From Candidatus Poribacteria bacterium (GTDB taxonomy: Bacteria > Poribacteria > WGA-4E > PCPOR2b), in contig OZ240245.1 in the NCBI GenBank assembly GCA_965198175.1, forward strand, positions 4,192,001 to 4,256,000: a DNA stretch of 64,000 nt, read 5' to 3'. Position numbers and translations under genes: made by a program. This document shows, piece by piece, positions 31,825 to 42,107 of the stretch. Positions within the stretch are counted from its first letter, which is position 1. Every line of letters starts with the position of its first letter. The notes below the pieces were generated by a model. It made no database searches and was not told the DNA's origin. It saw only the letters and a program-made list of their open reading frames with translations.

Positions 31825-32313
31825 ATGTCAAGGAAAATCTATTCCCACGAACAACTCACCGGCATCATTAATCGGGCAAAAGCTCGCAGTAAAACCGTCG
31901 TAACGACCAATGGTTGTTTCGACGTGTTGCACGTCGGGCATCTACGCTATTTGCAGGAGGCGCAGGAACTTGGGGATTTGCTTGTTGTCGGGGTCAACAG
32001 CGATGCGTCAGTTCAGGCGCTCAAAGGGGAAAATCGTCCCATTCTACCCGAGGGTGAACGCGCCGAAATGGTGGCTGGCCTAGAATGTGTGGATTACGTC
32101 ACGATTTTCCCAGAGTTGGATCCGACAGCTCTGTTATCCGTACTCAAACCGAACATTCACGTGAAGGGTGGAAACTACACGATTGAGGAGGTCGTTGAGC
32201 GGGAAGTTGTCGAAGCCAACGGCGGAAAGGTGATTGTCGGATTAAATGTTCCGGGCAAATCAACGACAGATTTAATTAGGACAATCTGTGAAAAAGCAGT
32301 GGAGGGTGGTTAG
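31825..32313 (+). CDS. hldC: D-glycero-beta-D-manno-heptose-1-phosphate adenylyltransferase
   Basis: TNGCFDVLHVGH, GVNSDASV, KGGNY and STT. Confidence 0.9.
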   Translation: MSRKIYSHEQLTGIINRAKARSKTVVTTNGCFDVLHVGHLRYLQEAQELGDLLVVGVNSDASVQALKGENRPILPEGERAEMVAGLECVDYVTIFPELDPTALLSVLKPNIHVKGGNYTIEEVVEREVVEANGGKVIVGLNVPGKSTTDLIRTICEKAVEGG

Positions 32314-32401
32314 TGGAGAGTGCCCAGTTAAGACAAATGCTTTTAACTCTCCACTCACCACTGTTATTTACTGGTCACTGACCACTGGCAACTAGTCACT
32401 G
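32306..32401. repeat. 16-bp inverted repeat followed by heptamer tandem repeats
   Basis: GTGGTTAGTGGAGAGT / ACTCTCCACTCACCAC, then ACTGGTC ACTGACC ACTGGCA ACTAGTC. Confidence 0.5.
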
Positions 32402-32426
32402 TTTCTAACGTGAGGTGTTTTTCCTC

Positions 32427-35400
32427 ATGAACATCAAATACATCCTTCTCGGAGGCGCGGCTGTACTGCTCGGTTTCCTCTTTTATCCACGTGGAGAAGT
32501 CACGTCTGGCGGAAATCAACGGTTCATCCAACCCGTGCGCCACCTCGAAAACGAACCACTCCACTACACGGATATTCTGCGTGCGGACCCGATAGTTGAG
32601 ACGTTTGATTTAGGATTCGTCTATAAAATCGACAGAGTGGACGTTCCCTTCGAAGATGCTGATGAGAGCGGTCCCAAACGGTTTGATTTGCTCGTTGATA
32701 CCGTCCGGACGACACAGCGCTTCGAGCGTGCATTTTCCTACATCGGCAGTTCGCGCGGATATACCAATCCGTTGCACTCCCTCTCTATTCCTGCTGAGGC
32801 ACGGTGGGTGCAGGTTGTAATTAACGATTGGTTCAGTAACAAACCGCAATTGAGAGCGGATGATTTTCGCGTCGGCGTGCGCTACCAATCCCACAGCCCG
32901 ATTCTGACGATTGATGCCAATTACAATTCCGTTGAACTCCAGGAACTTATAGATCTCATCCCTTTTGAATCGTCGAAATGGATCGGCGCACAGCGGACAG
33001 AGAAGACGGTGGAGGAAGGAGAAAACAAGTGGACCGAAATCTCGTACAAATCACCATCTAGCGCGGTCGTCGTAACCGGCGGTTTGAGAGATGTCCAAGA
33101 TATCTACGGGGTTCGCGTAACAACCGATGGCCCTGGAAATAGCGTCAGGCGCTATCGGATTTTGACCAGCATTGATGGGCAACGCTACACGGAAAGCTAT
33201 ACCGCCGATAGACTCCCCGATGACACAGTAACGGATTTTCATCTGTTTAGTTCGCCCGCTTCAGCGCGTTATATCCGCTTGCGTATTGATAGTGGAGATT
33301 GGTATGGAGATTATCCGGAGATTCGGGAATTTGAAGTTTTCACCGAGGACTATCGACCGACACACCCTGTTGAGCGCCGATTGAGTAGTTACAACGCGGT
33401 TCAGATACATCACGAAAATCTGGGATTTGACAACAATGCCTTCGCGCCGAACCTTGAGCAAGGTTTTGCGTTTGATCGAGATACGGGCGACGAAAACCGC
33501 TATTTGCTGCCGGCGGGTAACGAGGCGGATAAAGTTGATTCGGGCAATACTCTCGGTCAGAGAAGCTTCGCTTACCACTATGACGCGGTAAAAATCAGAT
33601 ATACAGGATTACATCCATCCTTTTTATATTGGGTGCGAGTAACCTACCTGCAAAAAAACGACGGTCAGCGCATTCAAAACCTTATGGTTGATGGGTTTAT
33701 CCTGCACGAAGCGATGCCAATTCCACGGGGCAAAGCGGAATCTCTCACCTATCCCATCCCGGCAAAAGCCTACGCCGATGGTAAAATTGAATTCAATTTC
33801 AACCGCTTAGCGGGACCCAATACAGTCGTTTCAGAGGTCATCATCTTGGAAGCACGAGAACCGATGGATGTGTCGTCCACACAATCCCCCGACCAAACGG
33901 ACGAAACCATTGGCAAAGCGATTCGGACCAGTGAAAAGGTGGTAATCGATGGCACAGTGGGCGAATGGCCGTTGCTCTATCCGATGCTTCCACAGAACTA
34001 CAAAACACCAGTGGATTCACCGATAGCGCTTTACATGCAGTGGGACGATGGCAACCTTTACGTGGCTGCAATCATCAATTGGCACAGTCGCAACATCCTT
34101 GACTCTCCACACCCAGAGAATATAGAGCGGGGGAATACAGAGGCGCTGCACCTCTTTATTGATACTGCCCTCAACAGATCGCCGGGAATGTACAAAGACA
34201 GCGATCACCACTACGTTTTTACTTTCCTTGATGCACACAAATCCCAGCCACGAGTACAGTCTTCACAGATTCACCATCATCTCGATGCAATCCGGCATAA
34301 TATTAACGACCGCAAAGAAATCGAAGCGAACGTCTCCAAAACAGAGAACGGATATGCCCTAGAAGCAAGGATACCTAAAACGCTAGTACTCAATGGGTTT
34401 AATCCAGCGGTGGGCAAGTCCCTCGGTTTCAATTTTGTGATGACAAATCTCCAGCTGTTGAATCATCGCCCTAGCTGGTTTGCCTATGGGACATCCAATC
34501 TCAATGCACCTCCGAATCGCTGGAATACAGTCGAACTTGTTGACCGGATTAGCGGACAGATTGCATTACTGGATGAGAACGCTGCTCGTCAAATTACGAC
34601 GTTTAACGCTGGGGACCTTCTGACCCTCTGCGTTTGGGATGCGGACAGAAACACCGATCGTCATAAATCGGAATCCATCGAAGCAGAATTACGCAATCAA
34701 CGAACAGAACAGTTGCTTACAGTTCTCCTGCATGAGGTCGATCTCGCAGTGCTAGCGGACGATAATCCTGATAACGATAGGACAAGTAAAAGCGCCTGCT
34801 TCGCAGCAAAAATCCCAACCGCCTACGACGAAGGGGAAGAGAAGGCTGAAGACATGGAATCTTTAGTTTTTCTGGTCCGCGGCGAAGACAAAGTTTCCCT
34901 CACATACTTCGATCCCTATTACAGCAGTACCCAGCGAGAATATCCCGTTACTGCTACAGCCACAGTCAACACAGGAACAACGGGGACGATTTCAATTATC
35001 ACAATGTCCGGTGAATCGCTCAAGGAGATTCAGGTTGGCGATAAAATTTACATACAGGTTCAAGACGATCTAAGTAACGCGCTCCTTTCCCAAGGGATGA
35101 CGATAGAAGTGACGCTTGCTGTTCCTGAAACGGAAGAGATTGAGACAGTAAAGCTCACCTATCGGCACGAGGGCAACGACTACATTGGGGCAATTGAGAC
35201 TGCCTATAGTGAGACGCCCAAGCCGAACAACGGCGTGCTGCAAGCCACTGGTAGACAAGTTGTGAGGGCGTCCTACCTAGATGCAATCCAAGCGACCGGT
35301 AAAACGAAGGTGCTCGTCCATGCAGAGACAAGCGTAAAAATCGGCACTACGGCGCAACTCGAATTGAGTCTGATCAACCGACCGAACAGGGAGGGCGATA

Positions 35401-38400
35401 GTTTTAACCGACAGGATAGCGAAAGATCAACCGACCGATTAGGGAACGCGATAGTCTTCACCGACAGGAACAACCGCAAGTTCTTCAATGCAGGCAGTCC
35501 GCTCTCCATTTGGTTGAAGGACACAGATCTGAATCAAAACAGTCAACTGCGGGAATTTGTTGAGGTAAACTTGAGTAGCAATCTGACCGTCGATCGGTGC
35601 ACGTTGGCGCTGAAAGAGACAACCGAAAATTCAGGGGAATTCACAGAGATATACCCAACACAGTATGCGACACACGCCGATCTATCCAACGATATGCTTG
35701 AAGTCGTCGGCAAAGCGGTGGTGACGCTCAGTTATGTTGATGCACTGCAAGCCTCTGGCGAGACAGATGTGGTTATCACAGATGAGGCGCATGTGAACGC
35801 TGGCGACGATGGGGTCCTTGAAATAGTTAAATCGAATTACTTGACGAATCTGAAAAACTTCAACGCCGGAGGCAAACTCCATTTCCGTCTCCGCGATAGA
35901 GACCTTTTCGATGATGTCGTTGAGATTGTGCTTACGGGACATAATCTGAGCGATCGAGAAGATGTGTTGCTATCGCCGACTCCCGCGGGGGGGGATGCAC
36001 GTTACGCTGTTGGGGGAACCTTATTCGGTTCTATCGAAACGGCCTATGACTCCGAGGCAACAGTGGGCGATGGCAGATTACAAGTGCAGGGAGCAGATCC
36101 TGTTCGAGCAATCTATATTGATGCGCTGCGATCAACCGGTGAAACTGATGTTGAGGTTTCGGATGTTTGCGCTGCGGCGATAGGGACGACGGGAACAGTC
36201 AAAGTGTATAAGGAGGGATCAACTGAACGAATAGCGAAGGCGATAGTTTTCACCGAACCCAATGCGGCGGAGAACGAAGAAATATCGGGATTCCGAGCAC
36301 GTGATACGCTTATTCTGGAGGTTCAGGATGCCGATCTCAGCACCACGAATCCGGTAGCACAGATATTTGACACGGATTTCATCGAAAACAAGAAACGAGA
36401 CCATGTTCGCGCGACAATGGATGAAGCGACGGGAAGTGCCGGCGTTTTTCGTGCCGTAGTGAAAACAAGCTATGGGGAAGTGCCAATTCCAGACGATGAC
36501 ATCCTGCAGGTGCAGGGAGATGGAATCGTGACATTTATTTATACTGATGCCCTACAAGACACCGGCGCCACACAGGTTCCCGTCCGTGTGGAGCTTTCTG
36601 TTGAAACTGGGGATACAGGGACTTTGGAGATTTTCAGCGCAGAGAGCGGCAAAATCATCACCAGATCTCCCTTCGTCGGAAGCTTTAATGCGGGCGCAAA
36701 ACTACACGTTCAATTAGAAGATAAAGATTTGGATATCTCCCCAACGCGAATTGACACCGCTCTGGTAACCGCCACTGGGAACGTAATTGCAGATAAAGTT
36801 CAACTCATCTTATGGGAGACGGGAGAGAATAGCGCGATTTTTGATGGAACTCTACAGACACAACAAGGCGGCAATACAATCAAGCGAGTGAATGACGAGC
36901 GCGATGGTCTTCTAAAACTATCGCCTTCGTTATCCGCTCAGTTGATCCCCATTGAAGCGACTGACAAGACCGATGATATTCTACACGTGAAAGATAAAGA
37001 GCTCGTCAGTGTGGTATACACCGATGAACTCACCGCTACCGGCGAAACAAACGTTTCAATCCAAGCTCAAGCGGTTGTATTAAGCAGCAGCGCGGGCATT
37101 CTGCGAATTGTTAATCGAAATGCAATAGAAGAATCACCTACACAGTTTGGAACAAAGCGTACTGTCGCGGCTCATGAACTCGGAAGTTTCAACGCCGGCG
37201 AGACAATCTATTTCTGGCTAGAGGATCTGTTTCTCAGCACAGTTGTCGGTGCCGATATGGTCAAGGTTACCGTTACCGGGAACAAGACTAACGATGAAGC
37301 CGAGGTAGTGCTCACGGCGGTACCGAAAGCTGAAGGCGTCTTTGTCGCATCCATCCCGACACGGTACGGCACAACACCGGTCGCCGATGGAACACTCGAT
37401 GTGCAAGGGGACGAAGAGATTCTCGCAGTTTACACCCCTGACTTTCCGTTTGCAAACGCCGTCGCTGTCGAAGATCGCGCCTACGTCAATAAGGGGGTTC
37501 GAGGACGCCTGATGATTACCCGCCAAGATGGTACAATCATACGTTACTTTAGTCCTGGAAGCCCATTGCATTTTCAACTGGAGGACGCAGACCTAAATCT
37601 AGACGCCTTCGTCGTCGAATCAACACCCTTACAGGTCAAGACCAAGTCGCGAGAAATTGTCGTTACGCTAGTTGAAGAAAACGCAAATTCGCACATCTTC
37701 AGGGGGTCAACGTCAACGCAATACGGGCAAACGATACTTGACGCAGGACTCAGATTGGTCGGCGGGGAAACAGTAATAGCAATTTACGAGGATGCGCTAA
37801 TTGACACGGGAGAGACAAACGTGGGAATTAATGCCAGTTGTCAGGCAAACTTGATTGCCCGAGCACCGTACACGAACAGACCGATGCTCATTGACGGTCT
37901 TGATGACAAGTGGCCACTGGAAAAGGCGCTTAGAACGCCGCAGGATGAAGGACTCCTCTGGTTGCTGTGGGGCAAAGACTCGCTTTATGTGCTGGCACAA
38001 ATCTATGACGATGACGTTGTCGCGCCAGATCCAACGAAATATTACGAAGATGCAGATGCCCTGGAATTGCATTTCAATCTTCGCCCCGGTGGAGGGAGCA
38101 AACCAGCCTACCTACAAACCGGAAACGATCCAAACCGATTTATCCTCTGGATCTGTCCAAAGGGCGCGGGCTTCGATGGCCATCAACCTTATATCGGACA
38201 ATGGACACCAGAACAAATCTATAACTACGAAGCGAAGAATTTCGATGTCGCCGTAAGGCACGAGTCCAATTACTACATCATCGAGGCGCGCATCCCCTTC
38301 TTCCCAGTCCTTCGCGGCTTCGATCCCCTGAAAACCAGACGAAATAGCCGTATTGGATTTAACTTTGTGATTCACCGCTCCCATGATCAGGCGGTCTACT

Positions 38401-38477
38401 GGGCGTCCCAAATACCGGGGACAGAACCCACTTATCCGGGCAATTTGGGGGCTCTCATCTTAGAATCCCCGCCATAA
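32427..38477 (+). CDS. Giant membrane-anchored protein: discoidin-like, CBM9/DOMON-like and repeated Ig-like domains
   Basis: N-terminal hydrophobic segment; ARYIRLRI…IREFEV; two IDGxxxxW…YxxEARIP domains; repeated FNAG…DxDLN…ETxENSxxF units. Confidence 0.75.
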   Translation: MNIKYILLGGAAVLLGFLFYPRGEVTSGGNQRFIQPVRHLENEPLHYTDILRADPIVETFDLGFVYKIDRVDVPFEDADESGPKRFDLLVDTVRTTQRFERAFSYIGSSRGYTNPLHSLSIPAEARWVQVVINDWFSNKPQLRADDFRVGVRYQSHSPILTIDANYNSVELQELIDLIPFESSKWIGAQRTEKTVEEGENKWTEISYKSPSSAVVVTGGLRDVQDIYGVRVTTDGPGNSVRRYRILTSIDGQRYTESYTADRLPDDTVTDFHLFSSPASARYIRLRIDSGDWYGDYPEIREFEVFTEDYRPTHPVERRLSSYNAVQIHHENLGFDNNAFAPNLEQGFAFDRDTGDENRYLLPAGNEADKVDSGNTLGQRSFAYHYDAVKIRYTGLHPSFLYWVRVTYLQKNDGQRIQNLMVDGFILHEAMPIPRGKAESLTYPIPAKAYADGKIEFNFNRLAGPNTVVSEVIILEAREPMDVSSTQSPDQTDETIGKAIRTSEKVVIDGTVGEWPLLYPMLPQNYKTPVDSPIALYMQWDDGNLYVAAIINWHSRNILDSPHPENIERGNTEALHLFIDTALNRSPGMYKDSDHHYVFTFLDAHKSQPRVQSSQIHHHLDAIRHNINDRKEIEANVSKTENGYALEARIPKTLVLNGFNPAVGKSLGFNFVMTNLQLLNHRPSWFAYGTSNLNAPPNRWNTVELVDRISGQIALLDENAARQITTFNAGDLLTLCVWDADRNTDRHKSESIEAELRNQRTEQLLTVLLHEVDLAVLADDNPDNDRTSKSACFAAKIPTAYDEGEEKAEDMESLVFLVRGEDKVSLTYFDPYYSSTQREYPVTATATVNTGTTGTISIITMSGESLKEIQVGDKIYIQVQDDLSNALLSQGMTIEVTLAVPETEEIETVKLTYRHEGNDYIGAIETAYSETPKPNNGVLQATGRQVVRASYLDAIQATGKTKVLVHAETSVKIGTTAQLELSLINRPNREGDSFNRQDSERSTDRLGNAIVFTDRNNRKFFNAGSPLSIWLKDTDLNQNSQLREFVEVNLSSNLTVDRCTLALKETTENSGEFTEIYPTQYATHADLSNDMLEVVGKAVVTLSYVDALQASGETDVVITDEAHVNAGDDGVLEIVKSNYLTNLKNFNAGGKLHFRLRDRDLFDDVVEIVLTGHNLSDREDVLLSPTPAGGDARYAVGGTLFGSIETAYDSEATVGDGRLQVQGADPVRAIYIDALRSTGETDVEVSDVCAAAIGTTGTVKVYKEGSTERIAKAIVFTEPNAAENEEISGFRARDTLILEVQDADLSTTNPVAQIFDTDFIENKKRDHVRATMDEATGSAGVFRAVVKTSYGEVPIPDDDILQVQGDGIVTFIYTDALQDTGATQVPVRVELSVETGDTGTLEIFSAESGKIITRSPFVGSFNAGAKLHVQLEDKDLDISPTRIDTALVTATGNVIADKVQLILWETGENSAIFDGTLQTQQGGNTIKRVNDERDGLLKLSPSLSAQLIPIEATDKTDDILHVKDKELVSVVYTDELTATGETNVSIQAQAVVLSSSAGILRIVNRNAIEESPTQFGTKRTVAAHELGSFNAGETIYFWLEDLFLSTVVGADMVKVTVTGNKTNDEAEVVLTAVPKAEGVFVASIPTRYGTTPVADGTLDVQGDEEILAVYTPDFPFANAVAVEDRAYVNKGVRGRLMITRQDGTIIRYFSPGSPLHFQLEDADLNLDAFVVESTPLQVKTKSREIVVTLVEENANSHIFRGSTSTQYGQTILDAGLRLVGGETVIAIYEDALIDTGETNVGINASCQANLIARAPYTNRPMLIDGLDDKWPLEKALRTPQDEGLLWLLWGKDSLYVLAQIYDDDVVAPDPTKYYEDADALELHFNLRPGGGSKPAYLQTGNDPNRFILWICPKGAGFDGHQPYIGQWTPEQIYNYEAKNFDVAVRHESNYYIIEARIPFFPVLRGFDPLKTRRNSRIGFNFVIHRSHDQAVYWASQIPGTEPTYPGNLGALILESPP

Positions 38478-38811
38478 AAGTAGGTTGGGTTGAACAAATC
38501 CAAAGAAATATACCGACCATTAACTTGATTGCGATGTCCATTTCGACTTACAGATTCACAATCGAGCTTTGAATTCGTTAAAAATCATACAACAGAAACC
38601 AAGTTTTTAATTTTAGATAGAAATCTAACGAGGACACCGTTCAACATCATCGGTCTTCGGATAATGCTGACTGCTAGATTTGGCTCGCGTATCATTCTAG
38701 TATCAGGATGTAGCAAAATTGCTACGGCCCCCTTGATATACGTCTAACAAATAACCAGTTATTCGTTCATTTTCTCTAGCAATGAGGGTAAGCACAGGGT
38801 ATTATTCGTTA

Positions 38812-38826
38812 TGGCATATTATTTGC
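38812..38826 (+). promoter_or_regulatory. sigma54 (-24/-12) promoter
   Basis: TGGCAT-N5-TTGC. Confidence 0.55.
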
Positions 38827-38855
38827 GATACTTGACACCCGATTTGGTTGCACTA

Positions 38856-39671
38856 GGTTCTGTTGACATTTCAACGAAGCCAGATAAGCGTAGAGACAAA
38901 ACTCAGAAATCCAAAATAACGGACAGCCAGTTTCTCGAAACGAGAGAAGATACGACGATACCATTTTAGCTTGTTGATGAAACATTCAACCAGATGTCTC
39001 TCTTTGTATATATGTTTGTCATATGTTCTTTGAGTGCCACGATTACGTCGAGGCGGTATCACCGCCATCGCTCCATTCGTCTCAATAACGTCAATAAAAC
39101 CGTCCGAATCGTATCCCTTGTCTGCAATAACATACTCACTGTCATATCCAACTATCAACGCTTCGGCTTCAGCTATGTCGTGTCTCTGACCGGGGGTTAG
39201 CTGGAGTCTAAGCGGATTACCTAGTGCATCAACTGTGATGTGAATCTTAGTGCTAATCCTCGAGAGCGGCCTAGCGCTTGGTTGTCGGCACCTCCGTTTT
39301 TTTTGAGGCTCCAGCCGCACACGGGTGAGCCCGGCAAATGGTAGTATCAATAATAAGCCACTCCAGATCTGGGTCGGCGGTAAAGTAGCGGTGCATCTGT
39401 GAGAAGATTCCTTTGTCACACCAGCAGCTAAACCGCTTGTAGATGGAGTTCCAATTGCCATAGGCAGTAGGCAAGAGTCGCCATTGAGCCCCGCTACGAG
39501 CCACCCACAGGACGGCTTCGACGAATCGTCGGGTTCCGGCTTCGTTGCGGACATAGATGTTGGAACAGCTTAGAAGAAACTGATATATCTTTCTCCATTG
39601 GTCGTCAGGTAAAGTTATGGGCATCATTCTTCTATTATGCCACAACCTTATAACCAAATGTCAACAGAACC
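38856..39671 (-). mobile_element. IS5-family insertion sequence (IS427-like), 816 bp
   Basis: Perfect 16-bp TIRs GGTTCTGTTGACATTT flanked by TA within CTAG; two-ORF transposase. Confidence 0.92.
38871..39627 (-). pseudogene. IS5 transposase (programmed A8 frameshift plus an extra indel)
   Basis: GAQWRLLP, IDTT, ADKGYDS and YKERHLVECFINKLK; the QALGRSRG segment lies in a third frame. Confidence 0.75.
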
Positions 39672-39730
39672 TAGTAAACTAGAATTTTCGTAAGTGAGTA
39701 TCCACGTGATGATTAAGGAGGAGCGAGACA

Positions 39731-41977
39731 ATGCAACGAGACAAGAAAAACCAATTCATGAAAACGTCACTATTTGTAAGCTTCAAACTACTCGTATTTG
39801 TAACGGTCGCATTTGTATCAAACAGCTCCGCCCAAGATTCTCCGCAATGGGGTCTGCCCGATGGCGCTAAAGCGCGCCTCGGTAAAGGTGTGATAAATGA
39901 ATTACAGTATTCGCCCGACGGCACCCGCCTTGCGGTGGCTAGCGGTATCGGTATTTGGCTCTACGATACGGCGACCCACCAAGAGGTCGCCCTGCTCGCT
40001 GGGCATATGTCTGCCGAAAGCGCTGCCTTCAGTCCCGATGGACACACACTCGCAAGTAGGAGTGGGAACACTATCCAATTCTGGGACACCGATACGGGCG
40101 AACACGTTCGAACACTCACCGTATCGGATTGGGTCGATAGCGTTACGTTCAGTCCCGATGGGCGCGCCATAGCAAGTAGTACGATTTGGGATTTTCCCGG
40201 TGATGAAGGTGTGGTATATACCATCCGTCTATGGGACGCTGATACGGGCGAAATCCTCCGAACCCTCTCCGGGCATTCTGGTACTGTCGAAAGCGTTTCG
40301 TTCAGTCCTGATGGACACACTGTCGCAAGTGGGGGTTGGGACCATACCGTCCGGCTGTGGAACGCTGCCACGGGTGAACTCCTGCACACGCTCAACGGGC
40401 ATTTTGGCATTGTCGATAGCATCGCATTCAGCCCGGATGGCGCCACGCTTGCCAGCGAGGATTTTTTCGAGATTAGTCTGTGGGACGTTGCTTCGGGCGA
40501 ACTTCTTCGGACGCTCGAGCCGCAAAGAAGTGGCGTCAATAGTGTCGCCTTCAGTCCAGATGGTGCAACGCTTGCCAGTGGGATTTGGGAAGAGATTCAT
40601 CTTTGGGACGCTGCCTCCGGCGAACTCATCCGAACACTCAACGGGCATACGAGTTGGGTCAATAGCGTTGCGTTCAGTCCTGATGGGCGTACTATCACCA
40701 GTCACAGTCGGAACAGTACCATCCGGCTGTGGGACGCTGACTCGGGCAACCACGTCCGAACGCTCAACGGGCATACGAGTTCGCTCGGGAGCGTCGCACT
40801 CAGCCCTGACGGTGCAACGCTCGCTGGTGGGAGTGATGTCGGAACCGTGTGGCTGTGGGACGTTGCGGCTCGCCAACACCTGCGTACGCTCGCCGGACAT
40901 AGACGTACTGTCAATAGCGTCGCTTTCAGCCCAGATGGAACAACGCTCGCTAGCGGGAGCGATGACAGTACCATACGGTTGTGGGACGTTGCGGCTCGCC
41001 AACACCTGCGTACGCTCTCCGGGCATAGACGTGATGTCAATAGCGTCGCCTTCAGCCCAGATGGTGACAATATCGTTAGTGGAGGTTATGACAGTAGGGC
41101 GCGGCTTTGGGACGCTGACACAGGAAATCACCTGTTCATGTTCGACGAGCATACAGGTTCTGTCAATAGCGTCGCATTCCACCCGGATGGGCGCACTGTT
41201 GCCAGTGCGGGTAGGGACAGTATCATCCGCCTGTGGGACGCTGACTCAGGCAACCAGTTGCGCACACTCGAAGGGCATACGGGTACTGTCGGTAACGTCG
41301 CTTTCAGTCCTGACGGTGCAACGCTCGCTAGTGGGAGCTGGAAAGAGATTTTTCTGTGGGACACTGCTGCGGGCGACCGCCTGCGAATGCTCAACGGGCA
41401 GACGAATGGGGTCAGTAGCCTCGCCTTCAGCGCAGATGGCGACACGCTCGCTAGTGGAAGCTCGAAAGAGATTCACCTGTGGGATGTTGCCACTGGCAAC
41501 CACCTGCGAACACTCACCGGGCATGCGAGGTCGGTCAGTAGTGTTGCTTTCAACCATGATGGTGACACCCTCGCTAGTGCAAGTTGGGACGGCACCGTGT
41601 TGCTGTGGGAAATTACCGCATCAACCGGCGTTGGGATTGGGGTGGAACCGTTGGAAAGTCACCTCACGACGCTCGGAAACATCAAACGTACGGCGTTGCT
41701 GCAAAATTATCCGAATCCGTTCAATCCCGAAACTTGGATACCGTATCAGTTGGCAAAAGATTCGCGCGTTACCTTGAACATCTATGACCAAAATGGTCAT
41801 ATCGTCCGCACCCTTGACATTGGGCATCAAGATTCAGGAATCTACCGAGACAAAGCAGAAGCAGCGTATTGGGACGGACGCAACCAAAACGGAGAACCCG
41901 TCACGAGCGGAGCCTATTACTATCAACTTCGGGCGGGTGATTACACCACGTTGCGGCGGATGGTTGTTGTCAAGTAG
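39731..41977 (+). CDS. Secreted WD40-repeat protein with an FlgD-like C-terminal domain
   Basis: About 13 GH…SVAFSPDG…LWD repeats; NYPNPFNPETWIPY…WDGRN. Confidence 0.92.
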   Translation: MQRDKKNQFMKTSLFVSFKLLVFVTVAFVSNSSAQDSPQWGLPDGAKARLGKGVINELQYSPDGTRLAVASGIGIWLYDTATHQEVALLAGHMSAESAAFSPDGHTLASRSGNTIQFWDTDTGEHVRTLTVSDWVDSVTFSPDGRAIASSTIWDFPGDEGVVYTIRLWDADTGEILRTLSGHSGTVESVSFSPDGHTVASGGWDHTVRLWNAATGELLHTLNGHFGIVDSIAFSPDGATLASEDFFEISLWDVASGELLRTLEPQRSGVNSVAFSPDGATLASGIWEEIHLWDAASGELIRTLNGHTSWVNSVAFSPDGRTITSHSRNSTIRLWDADSGNHVRTLNGHTSSLGSVALSPDGATLAGGSDVGTVWLWDVAARQHLRTLAGHRRTVNSVAFSPDGTTLASGSDDSTIRLWDVAARQHLRTLSGHRRDVNSVAFSPDGDNIVSGGYDSRARLWDADTGNHLFMFDEHTGSVNSVAFHPDGRTVASAGRDSIIRLWDADSGNQLRTLEGHTGTVGNVAFSPDGATLASGSWKEIFLWDTAAGDRLRMLNGQTNGVSSLAFSADGDTLASGSSKEIHLWDVATGNHLRTLTGHARSVSSVAFNHDGDTLASASWDGTVLLWEITASTGVGIGVEPLESHLTTLGNIKRTALLQNYPNPFNPETWIPYQLAKDSRVTLNIYDQNGHIVRTLDIGHQDSGIYRDKAEAAYWDGRNQNGEPVTSGAYYYQLRAGDYTTLRRMVVVK

Positions 41978-42107
41978 GACCGCACAATAGGAGTGATAAA
42001 CCAGTATTTAGAAAAACAGTATTCCGTAGCTACGGGGAGGGAGATTTGCAGTTCAACACAGTGTAAACCGTAGTGACTAGAGCGCTGACAGGAAGGAGAG
42101 AGCCTCA

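Noticed and set aside
31628..31903. ORF containing one TPR-like segment (LYKKERYAEAINAYEQL)
   Set aside because: It overlaps hldC and has a poor start; at most a gene remnant.
40200..41777. 525-aa alternative-frame ORF and antisense ORFs over the WD40 gene
   Set aside because: Shadow ORFs arising from repetitive codon usage; the same applies to antisense ORFs in the TPR, E2 and cadherin genes.
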